From Escherichia coli (GTDB lineage: Bacteria > Pseudomonadota > Gammaproteobacteria > Enterobacterales > Enterobacteriaceae), in the NCBI RefSeq assembly GCF_046105845.1, contig NZ_CP151004.1: DNA of 64,000 nt, one strand, 5' to 3'. A program made the position numbers and the translations under genes. Of this stretch, positions 12,405 to 22,863 are shown piece after piece. The notes beneath the pieces were generated by a model that did no database searches, was not told the origin of the DNA, and was given only the letters and a program-made list of their open reading frames with translations. The stretch's first letter is position 1, and every line of letters begins with the position of its first letter.

Positions 12405-13292
12405 ATGTCATCATCCCGTCCGGTGTTCCGCTCGCGCTGGCTGCCCTATTTGCTGGTCGCGCCGCAGCTCATCATCACCGTTATCTTTTTTATCTGGCCT
12501 GCGGGCGAAGCGTTGTGGTACTCGCTGCAAAGCGTCGATCCGTTTGGTTTCTCCAGCCAGTTTGTCGGCCTGGATAACTTCGTCACGCTGTTTCATGACA
12601 GCTACTATCTCGACTCCTTCTGGACGACGATAAAATTCAGCACCTTTGTCACCGTCAGTGGTTTGCTGGTGTCGCTGTTCTTTGCGGCGCTGGTGGAGTA
12701 CATCGTGCGCGGCAGCCGTTTCTATCAAACCTTGATGCTGCTGCCGTATGCCGTGGCTCCCGCCGTTGCCGCCGTATTGTGGATCTTCCTGTTTAACCCT
12801 GGTCGCGGGCTGATCACCCATTTTCTCGCTGAGTTCGGCTACGACTGGAACCACGCGCAAAACAGCGGTCAGGCGATGTTTCTGGTGGTGTTTGCCTCGG
12901 TGTGGAAGCAAATCAGCTACAACTTTCTGTTCTTCTATGCCGCGCTGCAATCCATTCCCCGTTCGTTGATCGAAGCCGCAGCCATCGACGGTGCAGGCCC
13001 GATTCGCCGCTTCTTTAAGATTGCGCTGCCGCTTATCGCTCCGGTGAGTTTCTTCCTGCTGGTGGTGAACCTGGTGTACGCCTTCTTCGACACCTTCCCG
13101 GTGATCGACGCCGCCACGTCCGGCGGGCCGGTTCAGGCCACCACGACGCTGATTTATAAGATTTACCGCGAAGGCTTTACCGGACTGGATCTGGCTTCGT
13201 CTGCCGCGCAGTCGGTGGTGTTGATGTTCCTCGTCATCGTGCTGACGGTGGTGCAGTTCCGCTATGTTGAAAGCAAGGTGCGTTACCAATGA
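12405..13292 (+). CDS. ugpA: sn-Glycerol-3-phosphate ABC transporter permease UgpA
   Basis: 295 aa membrane protein. Operon context. Confidence 0.95.
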
Positions 13293-14134
13293 TTGAGAAC
13301 CGTCCGTGGCTGACAATATTCAGCCATACCATGCTGATCCTCGGGATCGCGGTGATCCTCTTCCCGCTGTACGTGGCGTTTGTCGCGGCGACGCTGGATA
13401 AACAGGCCGTCTATGCCGCGCCGATGACGCTCATCCCCGGCACACATCTGCTGGAAAATATCCACAACATCTGGGTTAACGGGGTAGGTACGAATAGTGC
13501 GCCGTTCTGGCGGATGTTGCTTAACAGCTTTGTGATGGCGTTTAGCATTACGCTCGGCAAAATTACCGTCTCGATGCTCTCGGCATTTGCCATTGTCTGG
13601 TTTCGTTTTCCACTACGTAACCTCTTCTTCTGGATGATTTTTATCACTCTGATGTTGCCGGTTGAAGTGCGTATTTTCCCGACGGTGGAAGTCATCGCCA
13701 ACCTGAAGATGCTCGACAGCTACGCCGGTTTAACGCTGCCGCTGATGGCCTCGGCGACCGCCACGTTTCTTTTCCGCCAGTTCTTTATGACGCTGCCGGA
13801 TGAGCTGGTGGAAGCGGCGCGGATCGACGGTGCGTCACCAATGCGCTTCTTTTGCGACATCGTTTTTCCGCTCTCCAAAACTAATCTGGCGGCGCTGTTT
13901 GTGATCACCTTTATTTACGGCTGGAACCAGTATTTGTGGCCGTTGTTGATTATTACCGACGTGGATCTCGGCACCACCGTGGCGGGGATTAAAGGGATGA
14001 TCGCCACTGGCGAAGGCACCACGGAATGGAACTCGGTGATGGCGGCGATGTTGTTAACGCTGATCCCACCAGTAGTGATTGTTTTAGTGATGCAGCGTGC
14101 CTTCGTGCGCGGCCTGGTCGATAGTGAGAAATAA
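13289..14134 (+). CDS. ugpE: sn-Glycerol-3-phosphate ABC transporter permease UgpE
   Basis: 281 aa membrane protein. ATGA overlap with ugpA. Confidence 0.95.
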
Positions 14135-14135
14135 G

Positions 14136-15206
14136 ATGGCAGGACTGAAATTACAGGCAGTAACCAAAAGCTGGGATGGCAAAACCCAGGTCATTAAACC
14201 GCTGACCCTTGATGTGGCGGATGGCGAATTTATCGTGATGGTCGGGCCGTCTGGCTGCGGGAAATCGACGTTATTGCGAATGGTGGCCGGACTGGAGCGG
14301 GTGACGGAAGGCGATATCTGGATCAACGACCAGCGGGTGACCGAAATGGAGCCGAAAGATCGCGGGATTGCGATGGTGTTCCAGAACTACGCTCTCTACC
14401 CACATATGAGCGTCGAAGAGAACATGGCGTGGGGGCTGAAAATTCGCGGCATGGGCAAGCAGCAAATTGCCGAACGTGTTAAAGAAGCGGCGCGCATTCT
14501 GGAGCTGGACGGCCTGCTTAAGCGCCGCCCGCGTGAGCTATCTGGCGGTCAGCGTCAGCGTGTGGCGATGGGGCGTGCGATTGTGCGTGAGCCGGCAGTG
14601 TTCCTGTTTGATGAGCCGCTCTCTAACCTCGATGCCAAGTTGCGTGTGCAGATGCGTCTTGAACTGCAACAGCTGCACCGTCGCCTGAAAACGACTTCAC
14701 TCTACGTTACCCACGATCAGGTTGAAGCGATGACGCTCGCCCAGCGAGTAATGGTGATGAACGGCGGCGTTGCCGAACAGATTGGCACGCCAGTTGAAGT
14801 GTACGAAAAGCCCGCCAGCCTGTTTGTGGCGAGTTTTATCGGCAGTCCGGCGATGAATCTGCTGGCAGGGCGTGTGAATAACGAAGGCACGCATTTCGAA
14901 CTGGATGGCGGTATCGCGCTGCCGCTAAACGGTGGCTACCGTCAGTATGCTGGACGTAAAATGACTCTCGGCATTCGCCCGGAACATATAGCGCTAAGCT
15001 CGCAGGCAGAAGGTGGTGTGCCGCTGGTGATGGACACGCTGGAGATCCTCGGCGCAGATAATCTGGCGCACGGACGCTGGGGCGAACAGAAGCTGGTGGT
15101 GCGACTGGCGCATCAGGAGCGCCCGACGGCAGGCAGCACGCTGTGGCTGCATCTGCCGGAAAATCAGCTGCATCTTTTTGATGGTGAAACAGGACAACGA
15201 GTATGA
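14136..15206 (+). CDS. ugpC: sn-Glycerol-3-phosphate ABC transporter ATPase UgpC
   Basis: 356 aa from the internal ATG (MAGLKLQAV...). Walker [10 protein letters not shown], signature LSGGQRQR. Confidence 0.94.
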   Translation: MAGLKLQAVTKSWDGKTQVIKPLTLDVADGEFIVMVGPSGCGKSTLLRMVAGLERVTEGDIWINDQRVTEMEPKDRGIAMVFQNYALYPHMSVEENMAWGLKIRGMGKQQIAERVKEAARILELDGLLKRRPRELSGGQRQRVAMGRAIVREPAVFLFDEPLSNLDAKLRVQMRLELQQLHRRLKTTSLYVTHDQVEAMTLAQRVMVMNGGVAEQIGTPVEVYEKPASLFVASFIGSPAMNLLAGRVNNEGTHFELDGGIALPLNGGYRQYAGRKMTLGIRPEHIALSSQAEGGVPLVMDTLEILGADNLAHGRWGEQKLVVRLAHQERPTAGSTLWLHLPENQLHLFDGETGQRV

Positions 15207-15946
15207 GTAACTGGCCTTATCCCCGCATCGTCGCCCATCGTGGCGGCGGTAAACTGGCCCCGGAAAACACCCTGGCGGCAATCGACGTGGGGGCAAAATA
15301 CGGTCATAAGATGATCGAATTTGACGCGAAGTTATCGAAAGATGGCGAGATCTTCCTGCTCCATGACGACAATCTCGAACGTACCAGCAACGGCTGGGGC
15401 GTCGCGGGTGAACTGAACTGGCAGGATTTACTGCGCGTGGATGCGGGCAGTTGGTACAGCAAAGCGTTTAAAGGTGAGCTGCTGCCGTTGCTTTCGCAGG
15501 TGGCGGAACGCTGTCGCGAACACGGGATGATGGCGAATATCGAAATCAAACCCACCACTGGCACCGGGCCATTAACGGGCAAAACGGTGGCGCTGGCGGC
15601 ACGCGAACTGTGGGCCGATATGACGCCGCCGCTGCTGTCATCGTTTGAGATTGATGCTTTAGAAGCTGCACAACAGGCTGCACCGGAACTGCCGCGCGGT
15701 TTGTTGTTGGATGAGTGGCGCGACGACTGGCGAGAATTGACCGCGCGGCTGGGCTGCGTCTCTATTCATCTCAATCATAAGTTGCTCGATAAAGCGCGAG
15801 TGATACAGTTGAAAGACGCCGGATTACGGATTCTGGTTTATACCGTCAATAAACCCCAGCGCGCGGCAGAGTTGCTGCGCTGGGGCGTGGATTGCATCTG
15901 CACCGATGCGATTGACGTGATTGGTCCGAACTTTACGGCCCAATAG
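15203..15946 (+). CDS. ugpQ: Glycerophosphodiester phosphodiesterase UgpQ
   Basis: 247 aa. Start motif HRGG. Last gene of the ugp operon. Confidence 0.94.
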
Positions 15947-16373
15947 TTTTCAACGGAATATCAGGCTGCGGCGTGCTGGGCTGATTCAGCATGTCGCCGT
16001 TTCTCCTCTCCGGCAACATATGCTGCTGATTCAACGAACTATCCGGATTACGGTTGCTGTTTAACATCCCGCCGTTGGTGTTGGGCAGCATTTGCTGCCG
16101 GGCGGGATTTCGCTCCCCCGGCTGTGACTGCAACACCCGCTGAGAATTATTGTTTATCTGGTTTTCTAAATGCTGTTGTTGCAACTGAGTTTGCGTTTTC
16201 AGTTGCTGATTCAGCATCCCTTTTTGCTGGATTTGCTGCGTTTGCATTTGAGTTTGCATCCGCTGCTGGCTGGGGATCTGATATCCCGGTTGGTTGGGGT
16301 TGTTCAGAGTATTAATGGGCTGTGCAAAGCCGACAAACGGCAGGAGTGCCGTAAGAATCAGAAGTCGTTTCAT
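15933..16373 (-). CDS. yhhA: Gln-rich secreted protein YhhA (DUF2756)
   Basis: 146 aa. Signal peptide [17 protein letters not shown] followed by a Q/N-rich low-complexity region. 3' end overlaps ugpQ by 14 bp, convergent. Confidence 0.85.
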
Positions 16374-16492
16374 CGCGTATCCTCCTCTGAAGATATTCTT
16401 TAAGTTTACTCCTTTCCTGCAATCATCAGGATTAATTCAGAGTTATATACCAGGCTTAGCTGGGGTTGCCCCTTAATCTCTGGAGAATAACG

Positions 16493-18238
16493 ATGATAAA
16501 ACCGACGTTTTTACGCCGGGTGGCCATTGCTGCTCTGTTCACAGGAAGTTGTTTTAGTACGGTAGCCGCGCCACCTGCGCCGTCTCCTGTTTCTTACGGC
16601 GTGGAGGAAGATGTCTTTCATCCGGTACGCGCGAAACAGGGGATGGTGGCGTCTGTAGATGCTACTGCCACTCAGGTGGGGGTGGATATCCTCAAGGAGG
16701 GCGGGAATGCCGTTGATGCCGCCGTGGCTGTGGGCTACGCGCTGGCGGTAACGCATCCGCAGGCAGGGAATCTGGGCGGTGGTGGTTTTATGCTGATCCG
16801 CTCGAAAAATGGCAATACCACTGCTATCGATTTCCGCGAAATGGCACCCGCCAAAGCGACCCGCGATATGTTCCTTGATGATCAGGGTAACCCGGACAGC
16901 AAAAAATCACTCACTTCGCATCTGGCTTCTGGTACGCCCGGTACGGTAGCAGGTTTCTCGCTGGCGTTGGATAAATACGGCACCATGCCGTTGAACAAAG
17001 TGGTGCAACCGGCGTTTAAACTGGCACGCGATGGTTTTATCGTTAACGACGCGTTGGCTGACGATCTCAAAACCTACGGTAGCGAAGTGCTGCCGAATCA
17101 CGAAAACAGCAAGGCTATCTTCTGGAAAGAGGGCGCGCCGCTGAAAAAGGGCGACAAGCTGGTGCAGGCGAACCTGGCAAAGAGCCTGGAGATGATTGCC
17201 GAAAACGGCCCGGACGAATTCTACAAAGGCACGATAGCGGAACAGATTGCCCAGGAGATGCAGAAAAACGGTGGCTTGATCACTAAAGAAGATTTAGCGG
17301 CGTATAAAGCGGTCGAGCGCACACCAATAAGCGGCGATTATCGCGGGTATCAGGTTTACTCCATGCCACCGCCATCTTCCGGCGGGATTCATATCGTGCA
17401 GATCCTCAATATCCTGGAAAACTTCGATATGCAGAAATACGGCTTTGGCAGCGCCGATGCGATGCAAGTCATGGCAGAAGCGGAGAAATACGCCTACGCC
17501 GACCGCTCGGAATATCTTGGCGACCCGGATTTTGTCAAAGTCCCGTGGCAGGCGCTGACCAATAAAGCCTATGCCAAATCTATTGCCGATCAAATCGATA
17601 TCAATAAAGCGAAGCCATCCAGCGAAATTCGCCCCGGCAAGCTTGCGCCTTATGAGAGTAATCAAACTACCCATTACTCAGTGGTGGATAAAGACGGCAA
17701 CGCGGTAGCGGTGACCTATACGCTGAACACCACCTTCGGTACGGGCATTGTCGCGGGTGATAGCGGTATTCTGCTTAATAACCAGATGGATGATTTCTCC
17801 GCCAAACCTGGCGTACCGAACGTTTACGGGCTGGTGGGCGGTGACGCCAACGCGGTCGGGCCGAATAAACGCCCGCTGTCGTCGATGTCCCCAACCATTG
17901 TGGTGAAAGACGGTAAAACCTGGCTGGTTACCGGTAGCCCTGGCGGGAGCCGGATTATCACCACCGTGCTGCAAATGGTAGTGAATAGTATCGATTATGG
18001 CATGAACGTCGCCGAAGCGACCAATGCGCCGCGTTTCCACCATCAGTGGTTGCCGGACGAGCTGCGTGTCGAAAAAGGGTTTAGCCCGGATACGATCAAG
18101 CTGCTGGAAGCAAAAGGTCAGAAAGTGGCGCTGAAAGAGGCGATGGGTAGTACACAAAGCATTATGGTTGGGCCTGACGGTGAGCTGTACGGTGCATCTG
18201 ACCCGCGCTCGGTAGATGATTTAACGGCGGGGTATTAA
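16493..18238 (+). CDS. ggt: Gamma-glutamyltranspeptidase
   Basis: 581 aa from ATG 16493 (MIKPTFLRR...). Signal peptide. Autoprocessing site and nucleophile context NQTTHYSVVD, GGG motif. Confidence 0.95.
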   Translation: MIKPTFLRRVAIAALFTGSCFSTVAAPPAPSPVSYGVEEDVFHPVRAKQGMVASVDATATQVGVDILKEGGNAVDAAVAVGYALAVTHPQAGNLGGGGFMLIRSKNGNTTAIDFREMAPAKATRDMFLDDQGNPDSKKSLTSHLASGTPGTVAGFSLALDKYGTMPLNKVVQPAFKLARDGFIVNDALADDLKTYGSEVLPNHENSKAIFWKEGAPLKKGDKLVQANLAKSLEMIAENGPDEFYKGTIAEQIAQEMQKNGGLITKEDLAAYKAVERTPISGDYRGYQVYSMPPPSSGGIHIVQILNILENFDMQKYGFGSADAMQVMAEAEKYAYADRSEYLGDPDFVKVPWQALTNKAYAKSIADQIDINKAKPSSEIRPGKLAPYESNQTTHYSVVDKDGNAVAVTYTLNTTFGTGIVAGDSGILLNNQMDDFSAKPGVPNVYGLVGGDANAVGPNKRPLSSMSPTIVVKDGKTWLVTGSPGGSRIITTVLQMVVNSIDYGMNVAEATNAPRFHHQWLPDELRVEKGFSPDTIKLLEAKGQKVALKEAMGSTQSIMVGPDGELYGASDPRSVDDLTAGY

Positions 18239-18242
18239 TATC

Positions 18243-18273
18243 TTAAGCCCTCTCCCGATAGGCGAGGGCTTAA
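18243..18273. terminator. Hairpin between convergent ggt and yhhY (probable bidirectional terminator)
   Basis: aagccctc ... gagggctt inverted repeat within a 60-bp convergent intergenic gap. Confidence 0.5.
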
Positions 18274-18298
18274 ATGACAAACTTAGATTGCAAATTCT

Positions 18299-18787
18299 CT
18301 ATTTCACCCGCGCCATATAATACGCATCGACATATTCACCATTACGTAATGCGTACTTCTTGCCAGTCCCTTCAATCTCAAAGCCGAATTTTTTATAGAC
18401 CTTAATTGCTGGCGCGTTATCGACGAACACCGTTAGCTCAATACGATCTACCCGCAACCAGTTGTCGCACATTTCAATCATCTCTCGCATCAGGGCGCTG
18501 GCGACGCCGCGATTCTTCCAACGGGAGTCGACACAAATACCAAAATCGGCAACATGACTGCGGCGTGGGCGCTGTTGCACGTCAATGGTGAGGTGACCCA
18601 CGACGGTTCCATCAATACAGGCAACTAACTGTTTGATGCCGGGACGATCGGCGAGTCGCTCCTGCCACATATGATCGGAAGGATGAGGCACCTGTAGTGT
18701 GTTGCAATACACCTCCGGCTGGGCGTGAATCTGCCTGATGGCCTCGTAATCGCGCGTTTCAGCATGGCGTATCACTATCTCACTCAT
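18299..18787 (-). CDS. yhhY: GNAT family N-acetyltransferase YhhY
   Basis: 162 aa from the internal start MSEIVIRH. GNAT motifs RRSHVADFGICV and RGVASALM. Confidence 0.9.
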   Translation of the reverse strand: MSEIVIRHAETRDYEAIRQIHAQPEVYCNTLQVPHPSDHMWQERLADRPGIKQLVACIDGTVVGHLTIDVQQRPRRSHVADFGICVDSRWKNRGVASALMREMIEMCDNWLRVDRIELTVFVDNAPAIKVYKKFGFEIEGTGKKYALRNGEYVDAYYMARVK

Positions 18788-18883
18788 TCCTTTGTCCTCT
18801 TTGGGGTAAATGTCCCTTTCAACATCATTGACTTTCCAATGCGAGTCAAATGCATTTTTTTGCAAAAAGTGTTGGACAAGTGC

Positions 18884-18906
18884 GAATGAGAATGATTATT
18901 ATTGTC
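18884..18906 (+). promoter_or_regulatory. Fur box overlapping the ryhB promoter
   Basis: gaatgagaatgattattattgtc matches the GATAATGATAATCATTATC Fur consensus and lies immediately upstream of the ryhB transcription start. Confidence 0.75.
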
Positions 18907-18908
18907 TC

Positions 18909-18998
18909 GCGATCAGGAAGACCCTCGCGGAGAACCTGAAAGCACGACATTGCTCACATTGCTTCCAGTATTACTTAGCCAGCCGGGTGCTGGCTTTT
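18909..18998 (+). ncRNA. ryhB: Iron-responsive small RNA RyhB
   Basis: The stretch gcgatcaggaagaccctcgcggagaacctgaaagcacgacattgctcacattgcttccagtattacttagccagccgggtgctggcttttttt is the RyhB sequence, ending in its terminator hairpin. It sits between yhhY and yhhX as in E. coli. Confidence 0.9.
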
Positions 18999-19119
18999 TT
19001 TTGATCTTTCGTTTTCAATTTATCCACGGGAAGTGCTTGTGTTCGTTATGCGCACTCCAGTAGGAACCACGTCCGCTTTGCGCTAAGGTGTAAATAATCA
19101 CCTTAAAAAGGACGAAATC

Positions 19120-20157
19120 ATGGTCATCAACTGCGCCTTTATTGGCTTCGGCAAAAGCACCACCCGTTACCATCTGCCGTATGTACTTAACCGCAAGGAT
19201 AGCTGGCATGTCGCGCATATTTTTCGCCGCCATGCGAAGCCGGAAGAACAGGCCCCCATTTACTCTCATATCCATTTCACCAGCGATCTCGACGAAGTAC
19301 TAAACGATCCCGATGTTAAGCTGGTTGTGGTCTGCACCCATGCAGACAGCCACTTCGAGTACGCGAAGCGCGCGCTGGAAGCCGGGAAAAATGTGCTGGT
19401 CGAAAAACCGTTCACCCCGACGCTTGCCCAGGCGAAGGAGCTGTTTGCGCTGGCGAAAAGCAAAGGACTGACCGTCACGCCGTATCAGAATCGTCGTTTT
19501 GACTCCTGCTTCCTGACAGCGAAAAAAGCGATTGAAAGTGGCAAGTTGGGAGAGATTGTCGAAGTGGAAAGCCATTTTGACTATTACCGCCCGGTGGCAG
19601 AAACCAAACCTGGGCTGCCGCAGGATGGCGCGTTTTATGGCCTTGGTGTGCATACGATGGACCAGATTATTTCTCTGTTCGGTCGCCCGGATCACGTCGC
19701 TTATGACATCCGCAGCCTGCGTAATAAAGCCAATCCTGACGACACCTTTGAAGCGCAGCTGTTTTATGGCGACCTGAAAGCCATCGTCAAAACCAGCCAT
19801 CTGGTGAAAATCGATTATCCGAAATTTATCGTTCACGGTAAGAAAGGTTCGTTTATTAAATACGGTATCGACCAGCAGGAAACCAGTCTCAAGGCTAATA
19901 TTATGCCGGGCGAACCGGGATTCGCAGCGGATGATTCGGTCGGTGTGCTGGAGTATGTCAATGACGAGGGTGTGACGGTCAGAGAAGAGATGAAGCCGGA
20001 GATGGGCGATTACGGGCGCGTTTATGATGCGTTGTATCAAACCATCACCAACGGTGCGCCAAATTACGTCAAGGAATCTGAAGTTCTTACCAATCTGGAA
20101 ATCCTTGAACGCGGATTTGAGCAAGCCTCTCCCTCCACAGTGACTCTCGCGAAGTAA
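19120..20157 (+). CDS. yhhX: Gfo/Idh/MocA family NAD(P)-dependent oxidoreductase YhhX
   Basis: 345 aa. N-terminal Rossmann motif AFIGFGKS. Confidence 0.92.
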   Translation: MVINCAFIGFGKSTTRYHLPYVLNRKDSWHVAHIFRRHAKPEEQAPIYSHIHFTSDLDEVLNDPDVKLVVVCTHADSHFEYAKRALEAGKNVLVEKPFTPTLAQAKELFALAKSKGLTVTPYQNRRFDSCFLTAKKAIESGKLGEIVEVESHFDYYRPVAETKPGLPQDGAFYGLGVHTMDQIISLFGRPDHVAYDIRSLRNKANPDDTFEAQLFYGDLKAIVKTSHLVKIDYPKFIVHGKKGSFIKYGIDQQETSLKANIMPGEPGFAADDSVGVLEYVNDEGVTVREEMKPEMGDYGRVYDALYQTITNGAPNYVKESEVLTNLEILERGFEQASPSTVTLAK

Positions 20158-20279
20158 GTTTGATGGCCCCTCGAATAGTTCAATTTTTTTGAACAGAGGG
20201 GTCAATTTTCACCCTCTATCATCCCAGGCAGATCGGGTCCACACTAAGCCCATCGAAAACATTCAGGGGGCGAATACAA

Positions 20280-20975
20280 ATGATCTACTTACGCAAAGCA
20301 AATGAACGTGGTCATGCAAATCATGGCTGGCTGGACTCCTGGCATACTTTCTCTTTTGCCAACTATTACGATCCGAACTTTATGGGCTTCTCCGCGCTGC
20401 GCGTGATTAACGACGACGTGATTGAAGCAGGGCAGGGCTTCGGCACTCACCCGCATAAAGATATGGAAATTTTGACCTACGTGCTGGAAGGTACTGTTGA
20501 GCATCAGGACAGCATGGGCAATAAAGAGCAGGTTCCGGCGGGTGAGTTCCAGATTATGAGTGCGGGTACGGGTATTCGTCACTCAGAGTACAACCCAAGC
20601 AGCACCGAGCGTCTGCATCTGTATCAGATCTGGATCATGCCTGAAGAAAACGGTATTACGCCGCGTTATGAACAGCGTCGCTTCGATGCCGTACAGGGCA
20701 AACAGCTGGTGCTCTCGCCGGATGCGCGAGATGGTTCGCTGAAAGTGCATCAGGATATGGAACTGTATCGTTGGGCATTGCTGAAAGATGAGCAGTCGGT
20801 GCATCAGATTGCCGCTGAACGCCGCGTCTGGATCCAGGTGGTGAAAGGCAATGTCACCATTAACGGCGTGAAAGCCTCGACCAGCGATGGTCTGGCAATC
20901 TGGGATGAGCAGGCAATCTCCATCCATGCGGATAGCGACAGCGAAGTGTTACTGTTCGATCTGCCGCCGGTTTAA
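20280..20975 (+). CDS. yhhW: Pirin-like quercetin 2,3-dioxygenase YhhW (cupin)
   Basis: 231 aa. Cupin metal-binding His motif HPHKDMEILTYVLEG. Confidence 0.92.
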   Translation: MIYLRKANERGHANHGWLDSWHTFSFANYYDPNFMGFSALRVINDDVIEAGQGFGTHPHKDMEILTYVLEGTVEHQDSMGNKEQVPAGEFQIMSAGTGIRHSEYNPSSTERLHLYQIWIMPEENGITPRYEQRRFDAVQGKQLVLSPDARDGSLKVHQDMELYRWALLKDEQSVHQIAAERRVWIQVVKGNVTINGVKASTSDGLAIWDEQAISIHADSDSEVLLFDLPPV

Positions 20976-21198
20976 AACTCAACGGCATCTTTGAAGCCTG
21001 CCTTTTTGCAGGCTTCCTCGCTCGCTCCGGTCGCGTGCTGATGTACGCTTCCGGGGTTTTGCCGCGTCGTTAGCACAATGCGATGCAATTGATTTAGTGT
21101 ATATCTAATAATTGTAAACAAGCACTGTTTTCCCCGGGAAGGTTCTGATGCGTCCGTGTTAAACTAAGAGAATCTATCTCTTTTGTACCTTCAGGACG

Positions 21199-22194
21199 AT
21201 GAAAAAGAAAAGACCCGTACTTCAGGATGTGGCTGACCGTGTAGGCGTGACCAAAATGACGGTCAGCCGCTTTTTGCGTAACCCGGAGCAGGTTTCCGTC
21301 GCTCTACGCGGCAAGATTGCCGCCGCTCTTGATGAACTGGGTTATATTCCCAATCGCGCACCCGATATCCTCTCTAACGCCACCAGCCGGGCGATTGGCG
21401 TCCTGTTACCTTCTCTCACCAACCAGGTTTTTGCGGAAGTATTACGCGGAATCGAAAGCGTCACCGACGCGCACGGTTATCAGACCATGCTGGCCCACTA
21501 CGGTTATAAACCGGAAATGGAGCAAGAACGCCTCGAATCCATGCTCTCCTGGAATATCGACGGCCTGATCCTCACTGAACGTACGCACACGCCGCGCACC
21601 TTAAAGATGATTGAAGTGGCGGGGATTCCGGTGGTGGAGTTGATGGACAGCAAGTCGCCGTGCCTCGATATTGCCGTCGGTTTTGATAACTTTGAAGCGG
21701 CACGCCAGATGACCACCGCCATTATTGCTCGCGGGCATCGCCACATTGCCTATCTCGGCGCACGTCTCGACGAACGTACTATCATCAAACAGAAGGGATA
21801 CGAACAGGCGATGCTGGATGCAGGCTTGGTGCCGTATAGCGTGATGGTTGAGCAATCTTCTTCTTACTCTTCCGGTATTGAACTGATTCGCCAGGCGAGG
21901 CGGGAATATCCGCAGCTGGATGGCGTGTTCTGTACTAATGATGACCTGGCGGTCGGCGCGGCGTTTGAATGTCAGCGTCTGGGGTTAAAAGTTCCTGACG
22001 ATATGGCGATTGCCGGTTTCCACGGTCATGACATTGGTCAGGTGATGGAACCACGGTTGGCGAGCGTACTGACGCCGCGTGAGCGGATGGGCAGTATTGG
22101 CGCTGAACGCCTGCTGGCGCGTATTCGTGGCGAATCTGTGACACCGAAAATGTTAGATTTAGGTTTCACCTTGTCACCGGGCGGATCTATTTAA
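21199..22194 (+). CDS. gntR: Gluconate utilisation repressor GntR (LacI family)
   Basis: 331 aa. N-terminal HTH LQDVADRVGVTKMTVSRFL. Upstream of gntK-gntU. Confidence 0.94.
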   Translation: MKKKRPVLQDVADRVGVTKMTVSRFLRNPEQVSVALRGKIAAALDELGYIPNRAPDILSNATSRAIGVLLPSLTNQVFAEVLRGIESVTDAHGYQTMLAHYGYKPEMEQERLESMLSWNIDGLILTERTHTPRTLKMIEVAGIPVVELMDSKSPCLDIAVGFDNFEAARQMTTAIIARGHRHIAYLGARLDERTIIKQKGYEQAMLDAGLVPYSVMVEQSSSYSSGIELIRQARREYPQLDGVFCTNDDLAVGAAFECQRLGLKVPDDMAIAGFHGHDIGQVMEPRLASVLTPRERMGSIGAERLLARIRGESVTPKMLDLGFTLSPGGSI

Positions 22195-22273
22195 GCCCAC
22201 AAATTTGAAGTAGCTCACACTTATACACTTAAGGCACGGATGGATATTGCTTCTGATATTGTCCGGCCGGAGA

Positions 22274-22302
22274 ATGTTACCGATAACAGTTACCCGTAAC
22301 AT
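22274..22302 (+). promoter_or_regulatory. GntR operator in the gntKU promoter
   Basis: ATGTTACCGATAACAGTTACCCGTAACAT contains two overlapping copies of the GntR palindrome ATGTTAC-N-GTAACAT. Confidence 0.75.
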
Positions 22303-22332
22303 TTTTAATTCTTGTATTGTGGGGGCACCACT

Positions 22333-22860
22333 TTGAGCACGACTAACCATGATCACCACATTTACGTCTTGATGGGCGTATCGGGCAGCGGCAAATCTGC
22401 GGTCGCAAGTGAAGTGGCGCATCAACTTCATGCCGCGTTTCTTGATGGCGATTTCCTCCATCCACGGCGCAATATCGAAAAAATGGCGTCTGGCGAACCG
22501 CTGAATGACGACGATCGCAAACCGTGGTTGCAGGCGCTGAACGACGCCGCGTTTGCTATGCAGCGCACTAATAAAGTGTCGCTGATCGTCTGTTCTGCAT
22601 TGAAAAAACACTATCGCGACTTGCTGCGTGAAGGTAATCCGAATCTCTCTTTCATCTACCTGAAAGGCGATTTTGATGTGATTGAAAGCCGCCTGAAAGC
22701 GCGCAAAGGCCATTTCTTTAAAACCCAAATGTTGGTGACGCAGTTTGAAACGCTGCAGGAGCCGGGTGCGGACGAAACCGATGTACTGGTGGTGGATATC
22801 GATCAACCGCTGGAAGGTGTTGTGGCAAGCACCATTGAGGTTATTAAAAAAGGCAAATAA
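22333..22860 (+). CDS. gntK: Thermoresistant gluconokinase GntK
   Basis: 175 aa if initiated at the TTG at 22333 (MSTTNHDHHIYVLMG...). P-loop GVSGSGKS. The ORF contains no ATG in the N-terminal region. Confidence 0.88.
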   Translation: MSTTNHDHHIYVLMGVSGSGKSAVASEVAHQLHAAFLDGDFLHPRRNIEKMASGEPLNDDDRKPWLQALNDAAFAMQRTNKVSLIVCSALKKHYRDLLREGNPNLSFIYLKGDFDVIESRLKARKGHFFKTQMLVTQFETLQEPGADETDVLVVDIDQPLEGVVASTIEVIKKGK

Positions 22861-22863
22861 GTA

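Noticed and set aside
12411-13316. 301-aa ORF on the minus strand
   Set aside because: Entirely antisense to ugpA. Arg/Gly/His-rich low-complexity translation typical of the reverse frame of GC-rich membrane-protein genes. No start context.
19300-20205. 301-aa ORF on the minus strand
   Set aside because: Antisense shadow of yhhX.
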